A stretch of 64,000 nt of DNA from Tubulanus polymorphus (lineage: Eukaryota; Animalia; Nemertea). The position numbers and the translations under genes were made by a program. The first letter of the stretch is position 1. Each line of letters starts with the position of its first letter. This document shows, in pieces, positions 27,447 to 41,352 of this stretch. A model generated the notes under the pieces. The model worked only from the letters and a program-made list of their open reading frames with translations, did not search any database and was not told where the DNA came from. The stretch lies in NCBI RefSeq assembly GCF_964204645.1, contig NC_134025.1:16777101-16841100 (forward strand), read 5' to 3'.

Positions 27447-30400
27447 AAAATCAATAATATGGCGCTCACTTTATCAAAATTAATGCTTACTTGTTTGCAT
27501 ACTTGTTCTCTGCTTTTCGTCTCAAGTGACCTTTGCTGGGTAAGTTTGCCAGACTCCCCTGTAGTACAGATAAACTTTGCTTACGTCGGATCTTACCGGA
27601 CCGATAGATCTTCTCCTGAGTAATGCGAACTCCGGGGCCTGGTTCCACAGTTGTGAGTTAGAGTTAACTCTGAGTTAAAATTAGTTCATTTCATTTTAGT
27701 GTTTTAACTCTAGAGTCAAATCTTAACTTGGAACTGTGGAACTGGATTCGGGTTAGCCGGAATTGCGTTATGACGATCATTAAAATTTCATGAATCACAT
27801 TTCTTTAGAAATTTGAATTTCGATATTTAGGTTCATATAGTGTTTTGAATATTGTGTATGTAGAATATAATTATCTCATTTAATTGAATTCATTTGAATT
27901 TAATTGAATTCTCATTTAATGGACTTTGACGTTAACAAATTCTTTTAGGAGCCCTTGATAAAGTTCATTTTACTTGGTGTCTCCTTGATCATTCTTTGCA
28001 CAAAAAAGAATAAAAAATGAGAACTAAGATTAGAATATAATTTTTTATTGTCTATTTGAACGTAATGCTGTGTGGAGGTTCCAGCTAAAATCATCTTCTA
28101 TCATGTATCATCCTGTGTCAGATCTGGTGAGGAACCAGCTAGGGGATAACTTACCTGCTACATACTGAAAACTGGAAGATTTGCATGATCCACAATCTGC
28201 GATATTTTTTTCAACTGATTTGCATAAAAACTTTCCATCTTTTAGGTAATTTAATAAACAGCATTCAAAGATGAAAAATGCCTGGAAATAGCGTTTCCAA
28301 GCCCCCACGAGGGACTTCACGCCCACGGCGCTCGTTTCGTCAGATTAACAAAATTCCAGTTGAGCACCTTACCAAATCTATGTGCTCAATCAGTAGAACA
28401 CCTACAATTTTTAGAATCTAACCCCTGCAATCTAACAATTTCAATATTCAACGCCCCCCTGGTGACTATATACAAAAACCAATGACCTTGAAACTCACCA
28501 CAATCATAAAACATGTCAGCAGCTACGATTTTGTAATTGATTGTGATAACAAAGTATGCCTTGAAGGTTATAAGATGGTAGTGAGTCGATGACGTCATTT
28601 TCGTGTCGCCACTTATAACTTGTTGGTGGGAGTTCAGAGGAAGATTTGTCAAACAAATAAATACTCTAATCTTATTAATGCAGAGTGTCAAATTTCTAGA
28701 TGACCATGAAGGTAAAAATTGGGACCTGGGAAATTATACGATATAAGTGAATATATGGTAAATCCAACGACGTTACATCTGAGGTAGACTGTAGTATCTT
28801 TAATTCTTTTAATAAAGTTTACATTATTTTGCAATTGTTTACTCTACATTTATTATGCATATTTTTTATTAAAATTAAAATATTATATTTTGGATATTCA
28901 TTTTATATATTTAGGGTTTCTGCTGCTTCGCAAGAACCCTCTTGTAATACTCGAAATTATTACCTTTTCCACTTTCCAGACAAATTTTTTTAATCAAATG
29001 TAACTCAACTCAGATTAGACTACTAACAGCTAATAAACGTAATTTTCAATTCTGACAAGAAATATAACTCATTGTCTGACCATTTCGTTCAGTTACCTAC
29101 GGTCCCTAGGACAACCCATCTATAGAATTACAGTAAATTATCTTAAACAGTTTATGAGTTAGAGCCTGGAAATGAAATTTACAAAATGGCTTCCTGCGAC
29201 CTTGACCTTGGACTAACAGGACCCAAAATCTCTAATCTCTAATCAGTTACTAACCTCATATAGTATAACACAACTGTTGAAGAAAATCTGTCAAAGGGTT
29301 AAGGTACTAGGGCACTGAAATCACTGCGGACAGACGAAAAGTGAACGCAATAGCCCGCTGGAGTAAAGTCCCAAGTGGGCTAAAAAGCCTAAGATATCCC
29401 CCTTGATTGAATCTATTAGTTTTCATGAAAATCGATCCATTGATACGATCTCCATCACGCACAACTGCATCAATTCATCGTGAATATACATGGTAGCGGG
29501 TTTTCCCCACTGACTCAAATAGAAACTATCCACGTTCATGGTGTGACGATTTCTGAACACTGTGTAGGAAGTTTGTTAGACAATTTTTTTCATAAATTGA
29601 ACAATTTCCAAGTTCCCAATTTTACTGCTTTTCACGGCCAGCCGCGACGAACCCTGGCAGTTGAATCATTTGCAGTTTCCAGGAAAACTTTTAAAAGGCC
29701 ACGCGCGAGGCGTGCTTTTCATATACATATAGCACAGGGGTTTGGCGATGGGCTTGGATTTTATTTCCGTGCTGTTGATAATCTCGCGAGAATGGCGCTA
29801 ATTATGAACTGCGAATAAATTCAAATATCACGGAAATACCTTGTGTTTATATTGTTTATTTATCCGATAAAAAATTGGTTAAGGATCATCATCAGACAGT
29901 CGTGACGCTCTACTATATAAAATCACAAGGGATGAAAGGCCAGGCCTCCGCTGTACTCAGTCAGAAAGTTGGGACAGTCACGTGACATTCTGAAGATGTC
30001 TTCACATTTAAAACTTTAACATGAAAAGTTAACATATTCACAGACCGATACCAATTGTCAGATTATGATTCATATGAAATTAATAACTTATAAAGAATAA
30101 ATTATGATCAAATATATAATTCATAGACAAACTAGGGGTCCAGGGACACCATGCCCACTTGGGAAGTGGTTCCAAATGCTCAACAATCTAACAATTTCAA
30201 TATTCAACGCCCCCTGGTGACCATATACAAAAACCAATGACCTTGAAACTCACCACAATCATAGAACATGTCAGCAGCTACGATTTTGTAATTGATTGTG
30301 ATAACAAAATATGCCTCGTTACCAATTTAATATGGAAATACTAAGTTATTCTACTATTTAACATCCCCTGGTGACCATATTCAAAACCCAATGACCTCGA

Positions 30401-32945
30401 AACTTACCACAATCATAGAACATGTCATGAACTACAACTTTGCAATTGATCATGGTAACAAAATATGCCTAGGTACCAATATAATAAGGAAATATTAAGT
30501 TATTCTACTATTCAATGCCCCCTGGCGACCATATAGAGTAACTAATGTCCTTAAAACTCGCAACAATCATAGATGATGTCATGAGCTACAACTTTCCAAT
30601 TGATTGTGGTTACAAAATATGCATAGATACGAATATAATATAGAAATGCTAAGATATTGCATTATTCAACGCCCCCTGGTGGCCATATTCAAAATCCAAT
30701 GACAATCAACAACTTACTAGTATAAATGAGTATATCGATGAATCCCGTATGAAATTTACAGGTACTTGGGCGACAAAACTCGTTGCAATTTTATCTGATA
30801 TTGGTGCACTGGAATGTCAGATTCAAGGTTTTTGACCTCAGTTTACAAATTTATCAATTTATCTTTACAATTTCTTCACTTTTCAACTGAAGATTATCAC
30901 ACTGAAAGTACAATGCTTACAGCATGGCTATTATTGAGTGTATAAGCAATAGCTGAAGAAAAAAATTCAAATTCTTTGTGAGCGTAACAGTCCGTTATTG
31001 AATTAATGTTAATGAATTGTATTTGACAAAAGGTAGAGTTTGGATTAACCAAGTGTAATGTCTACATAGAAAATGTGGACTAGGTTATATTACAACAGCT
31101 TACGGATTAACTGTATCAGATTTGAAAGGCTGAATCCAAGAATATGTCTATCACACTATTGAGCCCAAACGTCTACTTTTACTTAGTAGCCAATTGAGAA
31201 CAATAAGCAATTAACGATATCGGCTACTTTTCCAGTAGTATACATTTCAAAACAGTCACTCTGAAATTGTATTCCTTTCAATTCGGTTGGTTTTATATAG
31301 TGGCTGTTTCGAAGAGTCTACTATTGAGTAGTAAAGTGACCATTTTAAAACATCTGGTTTCGATTGTGCACACTAGCAGTAGAGTTCAGTGTAAAACCAC
31401 CCGTCTGTAAACAGTGACTTTGTGATAGTAACTCCTACCATAACAGCTACTCTCAAAACACATCGTTCCTAAAAGTCAACTATATAAAAGTGACCATTTT
31501 GAGATGGCTTGGTAATTTCCTGTTCAAAATAGCAGCATCTGTTAAAGATTTGCAGTGATACGTGACAGGTTCAAAGGTACCGTTAAACCTCATATGCTTT
31601 GTATACAGAACTCTGTATGCTTTGAATACAGTTCTGTGAATAGAAAATCGAAGTTTTTGAGTTGCTAAGAATCCCCTAATTTATATTACGCTCAACAAAA
31701 TGGCAATATCCAATAGGAAAACTATTGATTTATATAACATCATCATGGATTAAATTCATTAATACTAATACATATTGTATAGTGCCAGTCCTAATTTCAG
31801 GGGCGGATCCAGGTACATGTTGTGACCATGTCGACCAATAAAAAGGGCATATATTCTTAATTCAGGGCGGAAAGGCATATCAGCAAACTTTTTTAAATTT
31901 TACTATCATTAGAGCTTTCTGGCCATCTCTGAGGGGCATTAAGTCAAAAAACATAGGTTAGGGGAGGGTGACCTAAATTCGGCATCGTATCCGAATTCGG
32001 CACAGTTATAAATATGTCAATTGACGAGATACCTAATATGGCAAATCGTATATCAATGGTTGAGGTCAAAGGCCATATTCTTGACACCTGAATGTTAAAG
32101 GAATTTGATTGGTTAGGGGGAGGAGTTTATGTTAATCGCGCTTTTTATGACAACGAAGAAATCGCTTCTGCTAGCTGCTGACCCGATGCTGTTTTTTCTA
32201 GGATTTGACCTAGTTTTGTATTATTTTTGGCGTTATCTACAATGGTAAATATAAATTGAAGGTACATAGCAAGTGATAAAAATTAGCTTTAATTATTGAC
32301 TCTAAGCTCAAAAGATTGATTAGCTGCCAAAAGTATACATGTTTTACTACTTGTACCCGAATTCGGCACTTGGTTTCAAAAATATACGGCAACTAGTACC
32401 TGATTTCGGCATGCCAAATTCAGGTACACTGACTGCTGAAATGATGTTCCTATCTCACTTACATACTGGTGGCATACTAAATTCAATAAATTTATCACAT
32501 ACCATGCATAAACACCATCTAAAATGACTATATATCCAATCCATTATCCTCAAATCAAGCAGACAGCATAAACTAACGATATACAGCCTAGTACAACATC
32601 AATGTTGAAAACTTTTTTTAATGAAACGATGAATAAATTCAATTCAATTTATACTTTATTGATCCAATTATGAGAAAACATTTTTTTTAATGTTTAAAAA
32701 TTAGTTAATCATCAATATAATTTTATTTATTGAAATGTGCATTTTAATTTCAAAGGCCTCCATCAATATTATTTGAAGCTATATAAAGTGACAATTTCTG
32801 CAAGGAATGGAAGTAGTTATCTATTGAGATCAAACTTTATTTTTCTAATGGAATATTTATTGCAACTAAAATGACACGACAATTATAAATGACAAAAGTT
32901 TTGAATAAATTTTCATTTCATCTAATTAAATGAAACAAATTTCAG

Positions 32946-35481
32946 ATGAATCGGTATCTTCAATATTCTGTTGATCAGAAAGCAAATGCTATCGATGCCA
33001 TTAACCCTTTCAATACAACATAGTGTCTCCACTGCTGTACCGGCGGGAATTAAGAGGTTTATAGGGTTATATTTGAAACTTCATAGGATAGTTACCAAGG
33101 TATCTGACACAGAAAATCTATATAGCATGTTTGTTGATAACTTTTGGGCCAACAATTTAGACATAAATAATTTGGATATAAGTGAACTTGAGGTCAAGGT
33201 CACATACTCTAAGATGGCCGCCATGAAAAAAATTCACGAAAAACTTTCAGATAAACTGCCCTGTCTCCCAGAAAAATGCACTGATCAATTCAATTCCAAC
33301 TGAAATTGTATGCCATATATCCTTACTTTATGTAGTAAAAATTTCAAAGCAATAGAACAACTAAAAAATTTATTTTTCCACTCATTTACCAACTTCTCCA
33401 CCGATAACCGATATGTCGGAAGGCCGGATGTAAGGGGTTTCATTGGGGTATAATTTCAGTCCTCATAAAATTTTACCTATGTATTTGACACTGATACATT
33501 GTATACCATGGTGTTGATAACCATTGGGCTTACAAATAAGACAAATTATTTGAATATATGTGACCTTGAGGATGGACAGTTTCTGGTTCTTCATTATTGT
33601 TATTGGTGTCCATTGCCATGACAACCGTATCAACAGGGTCTAAAAAAATTGTCACTGATTTCATTTTCATCATCAAAATCATTGCTGGCACTATAAACCT
33701 ACTGTCTGACTAAGTCACATCATCTGAACTGCTGCTGTCATCTTCGTTGTCACTCTCAATTTGTTCACTACCAAATTCCAAGTCACCAGCATCACTGTCA
33801 GCATCATATACGAGCTGCTGAACCGTTTCATCCAGCCAAATTGTTTTTTTCATGGCTGTTGCCATCTTTGATTTTATGCAGATGGCAGCACCGGCTGATA
33901 CTGATAGATATGCCCTTCTAGAAGAAGGGTTAAGTGATACCGTATCACATACGGTACGGGTATGCTAGCTTGTCAATTTGTACCGTATGCCATATGGTAG
34001 TGGTATTGTAAGGGTTAATGGTGGTATGCCTATAAAAAAAACTGCTGCCAAACTCGGTGTACCTCGGTCTACACTGCAAGATATAATCAAAGGAAGAATC
34101 GAAATGGGGGCAAAAATAGGAGGACAAACGACACTTAATCATGAAGAGGAGAGGGGGCTTTGCCTGCAATAGGTCACAGATGGACATGGGATTCAATAAA
34201 CAAACATTGTTGAGGTACACTGGAAAAATTGCAGATAAAAAAGGAAAGCCATTTTAGGTGGTAATCCTTTGGAGAAATGGTGGAGAGGTTTCAAGAAACG
34301 CCACCAAGACTTAGCACTGAGGACATCAGAGTCAACTGCTAGTGTAAGAATGGCAGGCATGCAACATGTTCCAGTTATGAAGTTTTTTCATTCACATCGC
34401 GGTGTCATCGATGGATATGATTTTCAGCCGCGCCATATTTGGAATATGGATGAGTCCGGGTTCCAAATGGATTTTTCTCCACCGCAAGTTGTTGCAGTTG
34501 CAAGTTAATAATATTAAGTAAGTCATAAGTCATAGTAAAAATTCAGCATGGAATCAAATGAAATGAAGGTTAAGGCCATTCAGTTTTGACATATCTCATG
34601 CAAATTGAAGATAATTAATTTCAGGCGTGGAGTGAAGACTGTACCTGCTTGATCGAGCAGAAATAAGGAGCTCGTTACAGTGATTGGCTGCGCATCAGCA
34701 GTCGGGCAAATCCCATTTCGTGGTGAAAGGAAAAACCCAGCTGGCTGTCACTGGATTTGATGTTGAGAGGGCGCCGAAGAATTGGAATATCAGTGCAAGT
34801 GACAGCGGTTGGACGAAACAAGTAGGTTTATATTTTCATGTACCAGTATAGGGCCTACCCCTGAAAAGAGAAATGTAGAGATCATGAGTGATGCCAAGAA
34901 TAGGTAATTACTGCACAAAAACTTCAATCAATATAACTTTTTCTTACAGGGTATTAGTCTACTTTGGTTTGAGGAAACATTCCTTAAAGCTATTGGGAGT
35001 GAACAGCCACAACTTCTTATCGTTGATGGTCACAATAGCCAAAATTTTGTTGAGTTAACAGAGAAAGCCAGAGAAAATAGAATAGTGATCGTTGAACTTC
35101 CGTCGCACACAAGCAATTGGCTCCAGCCTTTAGATAGGTGACAAACCATTTGTTATGGATTATCCATATAATTATTGTCTTTGTTTTATTATAATGGCAT
35201 ATAATTCTATCCATTAAAATATTTGCACTGTTTTTGGGCCACTAAAAAAGGCCTGGAACTCCACTTGCTCAACACTCATGGCAGATAATCATGGAGTCAT
35301 AGTTGGGAAAAGGAATTTTTTTGGACTTTTCAGTCAAGCATAGGAGGCTGGAGTGACACCGGGAAATGTCGTCAGTGGTTTCAGGGCGACTGGATTATAC
35401 CCATATAATCCTCTGGCAATTCCCACTGATGCGTACGTTCATTCAGCAACAGTTGATGAACTGAAATCATTGATCATGGAG
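32946..35481 (+). pseudogene. Intron-containing pogo-like transposase (psq HTH + DDE_1)
   Basis: AIDAI|NGGMPIKKTAAKLGVPRSTLQD (split by piggyBac at TTAA), [53 protein letters not shown] on segments separated by AT-rich GT..AG gaps. Confidence 0.85.
33005..34014 (-). mobile_element. piggyBac non-autonomous element, inverted copy of 2774-3761
   Basis: TTAA at 33001-4 and 34015-8; removing it restores the pogo HTH frame. Confidence 0.92.
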
Positions 35482-35971
35482 GTAATTATAATACTGGTAG
35501 GGACAGATAATCAACAACTAACCAAAACCTTCAATTACTACTTACATATTTTGTTTTTAGACTGCCGATAACAGTGAAATGCCCGAATTCCATCAACCTG
35601 AAAACATTAACAAGGAGGTAAAATCATGAATGTAGAAATGTTACCGTCCTCAAGTTTGGTTGCAATAAAATATTTTCATTTTCAGATGAATTCATGCAAC
35701 AGTATAGTTTGAGAAACTGAAATTAACCAGATAGTAGGACAAATTAACGATAACCAGACTGATATGACTGATGTAAGACTGAGATGAGAAATAATATCAT
35801 ATCAAAAGATTAAGATATTTCATAGGCCTTGAATATATTCAAAATCGGTTTACAGGATCTTGCAACCGGAGTGAGTATCACTAAAGCCTGTCCAGCTGAT
35901 AGAGCACTTTCTGTGATTGAGAGCACTCTCACAAAACAACAACTGGCCAAGTATGACAAAAGATATCAAGA

Positions 35972-37543
35972 GGGGTTTACGCGGTTCAGCTTGAGGGCAT
36001 TTTAGAATATCACTTAGTTTACTTTAAAAAGTGATGCGTTATATATGACATGGAAGTGGTTAAAAGAAAAATCATTGGTGAGTGACGAATGAATAGATTT
36101 GATAAAATAAATCCATCCGTCCTGACCTCGAAATCTTTATTTTGGAGCAAAATGACTATTTTCCATTTGATAACACCTCTTCAAGATCAAGTAAACTAAG
36201 TGATATTCTCAGGGATCCCAGAGGGCCCTCACCAAATCTGCCGAAGGTTCTTACGGCTACAGTATCATAGGCAGGCAACCACGTAGACTCGCGAGACTAA
36301 CGCGTTAGTCTCGCGAGTCAGAAAATGAGAAATGGTTCGAATCCCACTGAAGTGAGCAGGCTGAATGAAAACACTAGAGACCGAATCTATTATTAAGCCG
36401 GAGACGTCCGGATGCCTTAAATTTCACGCTTTTATCGATCACGTGATCATCCGGAGGTCTCCAATATCTGGCATGGTGGTTTAGTTGCGCATTGGAGCCA
36501 TGCGGCATAGCATTAACAGGCAACCAGTCTAGGATCAGAATTCCGACACGCAACCAGTCTATTAGTCCATTAAGTGATAGCACATCCGATCCATCTTAGT
36601 GGATAATCCGCACGTGATAATAGTCGGCCGAAAGAGAAAAGCTGTGAATTTTATCATTTAAAACACTTTTAATTAGAAATTTTTTGCAAAGTTTTATAAT
36701 CTTCTGCGCTGCCGGTGATTTTTCCATAGAGATTTTTATAAAGTCACACACAGACACATCTTTTTATCGGAATAACACATCGTTAATGGACGCTTTTACG
36801 ATCCCGGCGCTTTTACGGCCGTCCGATATGATCGACCGATAAATCTTACCTGCGCCTGGAAGTTTGAAATTTGTTCTTCGATCTTTTACAATTTATTTTG
36901 TGTTTATCAGTTTTAGCATGATCTTCCAGAGATACACGTCCTCGGGTACCATAAGCGAGTTCCTTGTCGCACCATATACATATTGCTTTCCCAGGGCTAT
37001 TAAGTTTCCTCGCCCAATCCGAACGTCGCACACCATCCACTTCAATTTCTAGCCAGTTCCATCTCCAGCTGTTTTTCACTTTCTCGTCGATAGCCCTCGG
37101 ATCCAACGATCCATATCTCTCAACTACTTTTTTAGACGACATACCAGACGCCCGTACTACGACTACTTCAATAGCCTGTACGTACTTGACTGTGTGTGAA
37201 TAAACTATTACAAACCGCTACCTAGCTACGTCTTACTGTTGGGAGTATTTCTATAGTGGACTATTGATTTTTTAGAATGTTAATTTTAGAACAACAAACG
37301 CGCTAGTGTAGCGGCGCGCACTGCGAGCACCGTCATTGCGTAGCCATCGTCGCTAAGAATGATGATGCTGTAATAGCGAATTGAAAGAGCTCATCCTACC
37401 CCCCCCCCCCCTCATTTTTACATCAAATTTACATCGATCTCGGAGACCACAAATTCGCGGCAAAACAGCGGATTTCCGCTGATCCGCGGAACTCTGGGAT
37501 CCCTGTATTCTAAAATACCCTCAAGCTGAACCGCCTAAACCCT
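35972..37543. mobile_element. Small MITE (~50-bp TIRs) whose right TIR is interrupted by a hAT-like insert
   Basis: gggtttacgcggttcagcttgagggcattttagaatatcacttagtttact pairs with agtaaactaagtgatattct[insert]aaaataccctcaagctgaaccgcctaaaccc. Confidence 0.75.
36210..37505 (-). mobile_element. Deleted hAT-like element with 6-bp TSD and BED-like zinc-finger exon (36846-37142)
   Basis: TIR cagggatcccagag / ctctgggatccctg; TSD tattct; WNWL..AICIWCDKELAY..LEDHAKTDKH. Confidence 0.82.
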
Positions 37544-40239
37544 GTCAACCAAAACCCTGTAGGCCGACTGCAAATTATTTCGTTATAACATCGGATGGAG
37601 CATACGTTGAAAAGTCTTTACGAGAAGAGAAAAAGTCACAAGAACCTCGAAATAAGAAATTAAAAACTATCACAAGGTAAGTTAAATTGCTATGATGTAT
37701 CCTAATGATTGATACCCAGCACTTACCATGCATATTTCTTCCATCATTACAGAAAACTTTACCTGCAAAATAACAAAAGACATGCCCAGCAATCGAAGTA
37801 ATGGAGAGTAGACTTGATGTACGTGAAACTTCTTTATTTCTAAAGATGTTTTGTATTTTTCTCATGTTTAATTAAGTGTTCTTACTTCCTCACCAGCACA
37901 ACAAGGCAGCTACATCCACAGATGTCTCAGCTGAAAAAAGCAGCCCTATACCATCATTAGAGGATACACACCAGGAACTAAGGTAACCTTTGCGAACTAG
38001 GTACTCTGTAAATAAACGATCAAAACAGATGATTAGTTAATAAAATCCAAATAACATTCTATGGTTCTGAAGCCCCGATCGAGTAGACCGTGATTGTGAT
38101 TCAACGGTACCAGGTTATTGATCTTTGAAGGATTTAAGTGAAGTCTCTAAATAATTCTTATTATTGAATTTACATCTTTAGAGCTGATTCTTATGTTGCA
38201 ATTGCTCAAAAGGGTGAACAAGCAAAAAATCACCTCTATTTTGGAATAGTAAGTACAAGAATGGATGGGCCTTAACAGAGCATTTGCTGATTCTGTAACA
38301 CTAGACTGCAATGTTCATTTCAGGTCGAAAAAATGTTACCGGAGAGCTCTTCGCTGCAGATCAAGTTTTGGAACAGCTCCAGCGAAGACGTCGAAGATCA
38401 CCCTTTATCAGGGGTCAATATGGTGCTGTCTCCGCCCCGCATCATCAATCAACGATGCCAGCTTTCATTTGAATGTAGAGAGTACAAAAACACCAATGAC
38501 ATTTTCTGTGCAATGACCTGATATGATTTGATAGTAGGCCTAGCCTAGTAATATTGATTTTAATATGATTTGTTATTTTGTCTGTTATTGAATGAAAAAT
38601 TGAATTTTCGTTTCTATCTATCTCTATGAATGAAATATTGCCTGCTGAGGCCTAGGCCATTCAAAATTTATTTGAATAATTGTTATTAAATATATTATTG
38701 TTACAACGGATAAAATTTGTTCACTTTTAGCAAACTTCAATCAATTTCAATGACACAATAGACATGATAGGCGGTTCCTGAACTACGCTGAAAAAGCTGA
38801 AACACTGAAAAGCTGAAATAAAAACGCTGAAATTTCAGGGAATTTCCGAAAAACGCCGAAATTTCAGGGAATTCCCGAAAAACGCTGAAATCGTGCTAGG
38901 TACCGACAATACACGTTTTGAAATATTTTCCGGGCCGGTGTCCGCTGACGAGTCCTGAACCGTGTTTTAGTCTCTACCTTCGGTTACAGAGACATGTATA
39001 TCGTGGACAGTATGTGTGGAGTATACTTCTAGAGGGCCACTTGTTGGACAAATTAATTCGCTTGAAATCCGGATTTTTAATGCATACAGGCAGCATAATG
39101 AGGAAAACCCATTCACAAACCGTGCAAGCCAACTTAAACACTATGCTCAATATTCCCTGCAAGACGCAAAATATCTTATTTGAACGTTCATGTATAAAAC
39201 ATGGAGCAACTTTTCTTTTGTCAACACGTTGATGGGCGACGGACTATGGTATTCTCTGAAGGAGGTAAATTAAATTTGACAGCTAGTTATATAAATGATG
39301 CAGCTTTTGGACAAAAGGGATCTAACTAAATTTCTTTTTAATTCACTGTGGAATGGAATGGATTGACGCCAATGGCATGCAGAAGGCCCCTACGTATGGG
39401 ACATACTGATTAGCGTCAACCAATTAATCTAAATCGGGCAAACCATTCAACAACTGTGAATAATTTATTTGCTGTGGTGTGATAATAATTAGTTTTTTTT
39501 GAAGAAATGACATACCAACTGTTAGAAAAATGTACCGATTCTTATTTTTAGACTACTACTGAATCTATAAAAGGAGGAGTCTTAGACAAAGTTGATTTGC
39601 TTAGTGTGTTTTGTAAGTTTAATTTCAGTATTTATTTACTAAGTGCTGTTCCCTCGGACCACAGTGCTTTCAAACTAGGCCCACCCCATAGGCTATATAG
39701 TCCAGGGTGTATTAGTGTGATGGACCGGTAAAGTCCGGTATCCGGCTTTTACCGAGTCCAAATCCGTATTCTAGTGACCCCGTATTGTGTGGGGATTCTT
39801 TTGTTCTCTTTTGGCGTGGAAATAAAAGAAAGAAGACGTTAGGTAAATCTCGGCGTGGTCTTTGATTAATTTAGAGGTTCTGTGGAAACGATTATTCCCC
39901 CTTTCTTGATTGAGCCAACGAAAGAGGAGATTTTACAAATGGTGGCAGCGTACTGGGATTTTTAGAACCTTAAAACTGTGGAAATATTGAGTTGAACCGA
40001 AGCGAACATATAGTCTGTGTTAATTCTCTCACGGAGAGACGGAAAGTTATCGGTTTATTCACAGCCACTGAGATTAATCTGGTGTCGGTTATTAGTTTGC
40101 CACAGTCTGTTGAGTTAACCTCCAGTGTTTTTACCTCAGATTGCTGACCCTTACCCACCTTACAGCCAGCAATTATCAGTGTAGGCCTAAATTTGGATAT
40201 TGTAGATTTTTATTTTTTCACTTTTCGTATCCAATAATA

Positions 40240-41352
40240 ATGTCGGTACCGCATAACGTAGATCATGGAGCTGAGGCTTACCTCAGTGACGATGAACTAA
40301 GCACATCGGGCGAGGGGTTGTTTTCAGACAACCTCAATAAACTCATCCAAAAGTCGTTAAAAGATCAGGAGAGTCGTCGATCAAGTGATAGCCGGTCAAG
40401 CATTCCGCCACCAAAACCCTACAATATTGGGCAAAATTTTAGAATTTGGTTGGAGCGGTTTAATGACTATGCAGATGAGGTTGGGATAAGCGCCATCAGG
40501 GATGGGGGTTCGTCCCGGAAGAAAAACCTTAAAATGCGGCTCGATCATGAGGCTTATCAAGCAGTGTCGAATTTACAGCTCCCAGTTGATATGTCATATA
40601 TGGATTTCTGCGACCGGCTGCATGACCGTTTTAAACAGTCTCGTACTGTGAGAGACTATAAAATGTTGCTGAAAGCACGGGTTCAGCGTGGAGGGGAGTC
40701 CCTTGAACATTACGGAGATGAATTACAAGAACTGGCCCGGAGCGCATATCCTACCACTTCAAGGGAAGTGCAGGACGAACTGGCTAGGGACCAGTTCCTG
40801 GCAGGGGTGAACCTACCGGATACCGCCAGGGAGTCGCTGATGATAGAGGACCCGCCCTCAATTTTGGACGCTGTACGACATGCCAGGAGTAGGCTCACTG
40901 CGAAAAAACTGACGGAAACCCTCTCCAGTTCGGCAGAAAGCCGCAAAAAGAAAGTTTCTGTGGTACAGCAGGGGGCTACCGAGGGCCAGATTGCAGCAGT
41001 CAGTGTCCCCCATAATGACATGACTAAAATCCTTCAAATGGTTGAGTCCTTAGCCACACGAATGGATAAGATGGAGCTGAGGATGAACCAACCGTCACAA
41101 CGGAGCGACGACATATGCTGGCGCTGTCGCGAGCCTGATCATCCTGGCAGTCAGTGCCCCCAGGTCCAGTGTTACAACTGCGGACAACGAGGACATTATT
41201 CCCGTCAATGCCAAGTCACCAAACCATCGTCATCGGGAAACGACAGGAGGGGCTCTCAGAGGGGCAGGAGAACCCCGACCCAGTTAGACTACCCTACCCT
41301 GGGCAGCCCCATGATGCGTCAAGAAAATATCAAATACCGCAAAGACGTATGA
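40240..41352 (+). CDS. gag: Gypsy Gag with two CCHC zinc knuckles
   Basis: RVQRGGESLEHY..ARDQFLAG; CWRCREPDHPGSQC and CYNCGQRGHYSRQC. Confidence 0.93.
   Translation: MSVPHNVDHGAEAYLSDDELSTSGEGLFSDNLNKLIQKSLKDQESRRSSDSRSSIPPPKPYNIGQNFRIWLERFNDYADEVGISAIRDGGSSRKKNLKMRLDHEAYQAVSNLQLPVDMSYMDFCDRLHDRFKQSRTVRDYKMLLKARVQRGGESLEHYGDELQELARSAYPTTSREVQDELARDQFLAGVNLPDTARESLMIEDPPSILDAVRHARSRLTAKKLTETLSSSAESRKKKVSVVQQGATEGQIAAVSVPHNDMTKILQMVESLATRMDKMELRMNQPSQRSDDICWRCREPDHPGSQCPQVQCYNCGQRGHYSRQCQVTKPSSSGNDRRGSQRGRRTPTQLDYPTLGSPMMRQENIKYRKDV

Larger units (their letters stand above)
23634..28427 (+). mobile_element. hAT transposon with 5-bp TSD (hAT5-like)
   Basis: TIR caggggttagatt / aatctaacccctg; caatc duplicated; empty site ctcaacaatctaacaattt seen in paralogous HINE copies. 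Confidence 0.9.

Noticed and set aside
27637-27748. Hairpin-like ~110-bp sequence as a possible ncRNA
   Set aside because: Terminal inverted repeats (gttccacagtt/aactgtggaac) fit a tiny MITE better
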